Source: Bacteriovorax stolpii
GTDB taxonomy: Bacteria > Bdellovibrionota > Bacteriovoracia > Bacteriovoracales > Bacteriovoracaceae
Direction of reading: 5' to 3'
Assembly: GCA_945860895.1 (NCBI GenBank)
Contig: CAMASK010000004.1
Location: 11,390 to 75,389 of the forward strand
DNA length: 64,000 bases
In this document: positions 59,086 through 64,000 of the stretch, piece after piece
Layout: every line of letters starts with the position of its first letter
Position numbering within the stretch: the stretch's first letter is position 1
Program-made: the position numbers and the translations under genes
The notes under the pieces: generated by a model
Databases searched by the model: none
Told to the model about the DNA's origin: nothing
The model's input: the letters and a program-made list of their open reading frames with translations, nothing else

Positions 59086-60981
59086 ATGAAAGTAAATCGT
59101 ATTCAAGAATTAGAGAGGCTTATTCTTTATCATAAAGAACTCTATTATCGTGGCAAAGCTGAGATTTCAGATGAGGCTTACGATAAGCTTGAGGACGAAC
59201 TTAAAAAACTAGACGCTGAAAATCCCATACTTAAATTAGTTGGACACATGCAGGTTGATTCTAACTTGAAAGTGGCCCATCAAAAAAAGATGCTTTCTTT
59301 GGATAAAACCTATGAAGAGAAAGATCTTTATAAGTGGATTGATAAAGAAGATGTGATTAGCATTTTTAAAATTGATGGATCAAGCTGTTCTTTAATTTAT
59401 AAAGAGGGACATCTGGTGATGGCAAAAACCAGAGGGGATGGTTCTTTTGGCGAGAATATAACAAAGAAAGCTATGTTTATCGCCGATATTCCAAAAGCGA
59501 TTCCAATTCAAGATGAAATTGAAGTAAGAGGTGAGATTTTTTGTATTGAAGCTAATTTCTTTCATTTGTCTAGAGAGATGGAAAAACTAGGTTTAGAAAA
59601 GCCAACCTCGCAAAGAAATATTGTTGCCGGACTGCTGGGGCGGAAAGAAAATATTCAGCTTGCAAGTTATTTAAGTTTTAAAGCTTTTGATTTGATCAAC
59701 GAACAAAAATATAAAAAAGAACAGCAAAAACTAGATAAGCTTCAAGAGATTGGTTTTTCACTACCAGAATTTGAAATCCATAAAAGTAAAAAAGATGTCG
59801 AAAAAAGAATTCAAGAAGCAAAAGACTTCATGGTTAAAGGGGACTATCTCGTAGATGGACTTGTCTTTATTTATGATGATTTGAAACTTCATGCAGAACT
59901 AGGTGAAACGTCACATCATCCACGTTATAAAATTGCCTTCAAATTTGCTGGTGACACTAAAGTTACCGAGATAAAGAAAATTGAATGGGGCGTATCTCGA
60001 AATGGGACCCTTACACCTGTTGCCATGGTTGAACCTGTGGAGTTATCAGGTGCCATGATATCAAGAGTGACATTGCACAATTTTGGCATGGTTCAAAACT
60101 TTGAATTAAAAAGCGGGGACAAAATTGAAATCATTCGTTCTGGTGAAGTCATTCCTAAGTTTCTTGGAATAGTCGAGAAATCCCAAGGTCACTTCACTTA
60201 TCCTAAACATTGTCCAAGCTGTAAAAACAAACTAATCGTTCAGGATATCTGGCTTTATTGTGAAAACCTGAATTGTCCGGCAAAAGTAAAAGAAGAAATA
60301 TTAAACTATATCCAAAAATCAGGCATTGATGATTTGTCCGACAAACGTCTCGATGAAATGATGGGCAAAGGATTAGTTGAGACAATTCCCGACATTTACA
60401 AACTTAAAGTAGATGATTTTCTGATTCTTGATAAAGTTAAAGATAAGCTTGCTACTAAAATGTATGAAAATATTCAAAAAAGCCTGGACCAAACGCTGGC
60501 CCAATTTATCTCGGCAATTGGAGTTGAGGGTGTCTCCATAACCAAGAGTGAAAAGATTATCGCTCAAGGATATAATACGATCGAAAAGATTATGGCACTT
60601 GATCTGGATAAAATGATGAAGATTGAGGGCTTTGCAGAAAAATCCTCACAAACGTTTATTGAATCCATTAAATTGAAAAAAGATTTGATCAAAGAGTTAA
60701 TTAAGCTGGGTGTAAAAATCAAAGCCGATGAAATTAATACGGGTGAAGGGCCACTAAAGGATTTAAAGTTTTGCATAACCGGCGAATTATCTATGCCCCG
60801 TGGAGAATTTGAAAAATTAATTAAGAAAAATGGTGGAGTTATGGTTGGCTCTGTTTCAAAAAATACCAGCTACCTTATCACAAATGAAACAGATAGTACT
60901 TCCAGTAAGTTTGTGAAGGCCAAGGACTTGAATATTCTGATAATTACTGAAAAGAAATTATTAACAATGATTGGGGAATAG
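59086..60981 (+). CDS. ligA: NAD-dependent DNA ligase
   Basis: KMLSLDK, KIDG active-site Lys, EVRGE, IAFKF, CPSC Zn finger, BRCT. Start 59086 (leaderless after TATAAT) or 59077. Confidence 0.96.
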   Translation: MKVNRIQELERLILYHKELYYRGKAEISDEAYDKLEDELKKLDAENPILKLVGHMQVDSNLKVAHQKKMLSLDKTYEEKDLYKWIDKEDVISIFKIDGSSCSLIYKEGHLVMAKTRGDGSFGENITKKAMFIADIPKAIPIQDEIEVRGEIFCIEANFFHLSREMEKLGLEKPTSQRNIVAGLLGRKENIQLASYLSFKAFDLINEQKYKKEQQKLDKLQEIGFSLPEFEIHKSKKDVEKRIQEAKDFMVKGDYLVDGLVFIYDDLKLHAELGETSHHPRYKIAFKFAGDTKVTEIKKIEWGVSRNGTLTPVAMVEPVELSGAMISRVTLHNFGMVQNFELKSGDKIEIIRSGEVIPKFLGIVEKSQGHFTYPKHCPSCKNKLIVQDIWLYCENLNCPAKVKEEILNYIQKSGIDDLSDKRLDEMMGKGLVETIPDIYKLKVDDFLILDKVKDKLATKMYENIQKSLDQTLAQFISAIGVEGVSITKSEKIIAQGYNTIEKIMALDLDKMMKIEGFAEKSSQTFIESIKLKKDLIKELIKLGVKIKADEINTGEGPLKDLKFCITGELSMPRGEFEKLIKKNGGVMVGSVSKNTSYLITNETDSTSSKFVKAKDLNILIITEKKLLTMIGE

Positions 60982-60982
60982 C

Positions 60983-62353
60983 ATGGCCAAGATTAAAACC
61001 GTTTTTACATGTCAGGATTGTGGTTACCAGACAGCAAAATGGTTAGGAAAATGTCCTGAGTGTAATCAATGGAATTCATTTTCTGAAGAAGAAACTTTTA
61101 AACCATCAAAAGCCGCACCAAAATCAATTCTAGGCCGTGAATCAAAACCTAAAACAATAAACCAAGTTGAACATGAAACTGTAGAACGTTATTTAACTAA
61201 GATTGGTGAATTTGACCGAGTCATGGGTGGTGGAGTGACGATTGGTTCATTAACTTTGATTGGTGGGGAACCAGGCATTGGCAAATCCACATTACTAATG
61301 GAAGTTTGTGGAAAACTTCTAAATGAATATAAGGATGAAAAGATACTCTATGTAAGTGGAGAAGAATCAGAGTCACAAGTTGCTAGCCGCTCAAAGCGTC
61401 TTGGTGTGGGAAACGACGGTTTTTACATTTACAATGAAACGAATTGGCAAAAGATCCTGGAACAAGTAAAAATTTTAAATCCAAAATTTCTTGTTCTTGA
61501 TTCCATTCAAACTACGCATTCAAATCAAGTAGAATCGGCAGCTGGCACACTGACTCAAATAAGAGAAGTAACCTATGAGCTTATGAATTATGCCAAAGCT
61601 TATAATTTAACATGCTTTATCGTTGGTCATGTCACTAAAGAAGGTCAGATCGCTGGACCTAAAGTTTTAGAGCACATGGTTGATACCGTGGTCTATTTCG
61701 AGGGTGATCAATTAGGACAATATCGCATGCTCCGGGTTATGAAGAACCGTTTCGGAAATACTAACGAGGTAGGAATCTTTGAAATGCAAGAAACGGGATT
61801 GGTTGAAATTAAAAATCCATCTCAGTATTTTCTAGAGCAATCGTTGCCGGGATCCTATGGCAGATCCATCACTTGTATTCTTGAAGGCTCCCGCTCTCTT
61901 TTTGTAGAAATTCAAGCGCTGGTGGTTGAAAATAAATTTGCTGTTGGACGACGAACAACTCAGGGCCTTGATACAAATCGAGTCGCTTTATTAGTTGCAG
62001 TAATTGATAAGTATTTAGGTATTCCTCTTTCGTATAATGATATTTATGTGAACGTAGTGGGAGGCATGAAACTTTCAACGCGTGAAAATGATCTTTCTGT
62101 TATTGCGTCTCTTTTAAGCTCTTACTACGCCACGGCTATCGATAATGAAACCTTGTTTTTGGGTGAAGTTGGTTTAACCGGTGAAGTCCGATCTGTGCCA
62201 ATGATGGAAATGCGCTTAAAAGAAGTTGCCCAGATGAATTACAAGCGAGTTATTACTTCAAAGCGCGCCGCTGATGACTTGAAAGGAAAGTATAAGTTAA
62301 ATCTCATTGGTATTACCAAGGCCTGTGAGCTTAAAGAGTTATTGTTCAAATAA
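60983..62353 (+). CDS. radA: DNA repair protein RadA/Sms
   Basis: CQDCG...CPEC Zn finger, GEPGIGKST, KNRFG motif; RBS GGGGA before ATG 60983. Confidence 0.97.
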   Translation: MAKIKTVFTCQDCGYQTAKWLGKCPECNQWNSFSEEETFKPSKAAPKSILGRESKPKTINQVEHETVERYLTKIGEFDRVMGGGVTIGSLTLIGGEPGIGKSTLLMEVCGKLLNEYKDEKILYVSGEESESQVASRSKRLGVGNDGFYIYNETNWQKILEQVKILNPKFLVLDSIQTTHSNQVESAAGTLTQIREVTYELMNYAKAYNLTCFIVGHVTKEGQIAGPKVLEHMVDTVVYFEGDQLGQYRMLRVMKNRFGNTNEVGIFEMQETGLVEIKNPSQYFLEQSLPGSYGRSITCILEGSRSLFVEIQALVVENKFAVGRRTTQGLDTNRVALLVAVIDKYLGIPLSYNDIYVNVVGGMKLSTRENDLSVIASLLSSYYATAIDNETLFLGEVGLTGEVRSVPMMEMRLKEVAQMNYKRVITSKRAADDLKGKYKLNLIGITKACELKELLFK

Positions 62354-62355
62354 TC

Positions 62356-63834
62356 TTAAAAAAATAATTTTTTAATAGAATTATCCCAAAGATCTTTTTT
62401 CTTAGAATAATAATTATTTGATTCTTGCTTAAATTCTTTTTGTAACTTCCAATATTTACTCAAATCTTCTATGTTAATTTCGCCTCTACCCACCATCGCC
62501 CCCATGGCTACGCCATAAGCTGTGGTATCGATAACTTCAGGTCGCAAAATATTTTTTTGTGAAAAATTGGACTGCATTTGCATCAGAAGATCATTCGCCG
62601 CGGCTCCTCCGTCGACACGAATATCATTTAAGTGTGAGAAATCTTTTTTGAAACTAGTAACGGAATCATTAACAGATAAAGCGATGCCTTCCAGACAGGC
62701 GCGAGCGATATGGGCATTGGTTGTTCCTCGAGTTAAGCCAAGTATAGCGGCTTTAGCTTCTGAATTCCAATAAGGCGTTCCAATACCAGTAAAGAAAGGC
62801 ATGAAAAGCACATGTTCCATTTGGGAAAGATCTTTCACTTCTCTGGCCAGTGGCTCAACATCACTTGAATGTTGAATAGTTTTTAAATTATCTCGCAAAA
62901 ATTGTACAGCAGCACCAGCAATGTAAGCGGCTCCTTCGAGCGCATAAATCTTTTTACCCTTAAATGAATAAGCAGCGGTTGTTAATAGGCCTGTTTGGGA
63001 ATGAATAATTTTTTCACCAATATTTAATAATAAAAATGCCCCAGTGCCGTACGTGCATTTAATATCTCCTACATGAACGCAGGCTTGACCAAATAAAGCT
63101 GCTTGTTGATCGCCAAGAATTGAAAGAATGGGAATACCATCAGGAAGAAATGAACATCCTTGGGTTACTCCAAAGTTAGTAAATGATTCTTTTATTTCAG
63201 GCAGTACCTGACGATCAATTCCGAAAAAATTCAAAAGATCATTATCCCAATTAAATGTTTCAAGATTCATTAGAAGCGTTCTTGAAGCATTAGAAGCTTC
63301 TGTTGCATAGGACTTACAATTAGTCAGTCGATAGAGTAGAAAAGTATCTACTGTTGACATTAAAAGATCACCAACATCATTGGCAACTTTCACCGCGGGA
63401 ATATTGTCTAGAAACCAGCGCATCTTTGTACCTGAAAAATAAGAATCCAGAGGAAGGCCGGTTTTCTTTTGGCAGACTTTATTATAATCGGCTCTTCGTT
63501 CATCACAGTACGCTGAGGTTCGGCGATCTTGCCAAACAATAGCATGATGCAAAGGTTTGCCTTTCTTATCGTAGGCACAAGTAGTTTCACGCTGATTAGT
63601 AATACCGATGGCGATGATTTTTTTAGTATCTACATTACGTCGTTTAAGTAGGGTCGAAATGGATTGAGAAACGGAATTCCAAATATCTTCCAGATCATGT
63701 TCCACCCAAGAAGGTTTAGGATAAATTTGTCGGTAATCAATTTTCTCTTTATCGATGACAGTAAAGTTTTTAGCATCAATCAGAAGCGATGTGGATCCAG
63801 TTGTGCCTTGATCGATGGCCAATAGAAAGCTCAT
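62356..63834 (-). CDS. glpK: glycerol kinase
   Basis: AIDQGTTGS, GITNQRET, IVWQDRRT, YFSGTK, NASRTLL, GDQQAALFGQ, KCTYGTG. Confidence 0.96.
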   Translation of the reverse strand: MSFLLAIDQGTTGSTSLLIDAKNFTVIDKEKIDYRQIYPKPSWVEHDLEDIWNSVSQSISTLLKRRNVDTKKIIAIGITNQRETTCAYDKKGKPLHHAIVWQDRRTSAYCDERRADYNKVCQKKTGLPLDSYFSGTKMRWFLDNIPAVKVANDVGDLLMSTVDTFLLYRLTNCKSYATEASNASRTLLMNLETFNWDNDLLNFFGIDRQVLPEIKESFTNFGVTQGCSFLPDGIPILSILGDQQAALFGQACVHVGDIKCTYGTGAFLLLNIGEKIIHSQTGLLTTAAYSFKGKKIYALEGAAYIAGAAVQFLRDNLKTIQHSSDVEPLAREVKDLSQMEHVLFMPFFTGIGTPYWNSEAKAAILGLTRGTTNAHIARACLEGIALSVNDSVTSFKKDFSHLNDIRVDGGAAANDLLMQMQSNFSQKNILRPEVIDTTAYGVAMGAMVGRGEINIEDLSKYWKLQKEFKQESNNYYSKKKDLWDNSIKKLFF

Positions 63835-63854
63835 GAATCATCCTTGTTTCATTA

Positions 63855-64000
63855 TTAATCAATGGTGAGTTTAGGTTTAGTGGTATCGCCATCGTTCACG
63901 ACAATATTCACGCAATGTTCCCAATAGGAGCCTAAGTTACTATTCATAACCGCCACAAAACTATAGGAAAGCATGGAGATCACGGCCAATAAGAGCACAA
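63855..64000 (-). CDS. 3' end of a membrane protein running off the window
   Basis: Open frame VLLLAVISMLSYSFVAVMNSNLGSYWEHCVNIVVNDGDTTKPKLTID* ending 20 nt before the glpK start. Confidence 0.55.
   Translation of the reverse strand, partial: VLLLAVISMLSYSFVAVMNSNLGSYWEHCVNIVVNDGDTTKPKLTID

Overview
Replication-origin region of an AT-rich bacterial chromosome. The gene set and order suggest a Bdellovibrionota predator (Bacteriovorax/Peredibacter-like); this is inferred from gene content, not from a database search. The core is dnaA-oriC-dnaN-recF-gyrB-gyrA to the left and rpmH-rnpA-yidD-yidC-mnmE-mnmG-rsmG-parA-parB-bactofilin to the right, with two perfect parS palindromes. The ATP synthase is split either side of oriC (atpZ/I-B-E and atpF'FHAGDC), and both halves end in the same 20-nt terminator hairpin. 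Also present: a membrane-arm-only nuoA-H-J-K-L-M-N operon, an mfd-ppiC-surA-pdxA-uvrA operon, a GYF-TM-TPR gene leading into serS and three tRNAs (Ser-TGA, Ser-GCT, Arg-ACG), and ligA-radA and glpK at the right end. The first ~4.1 kb, beyond the tRNA-Arg 3' end, looks accessory. It holds small general-stress genes (DUF1328, CsbD, an ElaB-like helical protein, a tiny hydrophilic ORF), each preceded by its own sigma54-type -24/-12 motif, which is the most novel-looking signal here. It also holds a probable papain-fold secreted enzyme and a Zn-free SET methyltransferase on back-to-back leaderless promoters, a lipoprotein trypsin, and an orphan kinase ATPase domain. No CRISPR array, transposase, integrase or rRNA was seen. 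All calls come from reading the sequence and recognising motifs; no searches were run.
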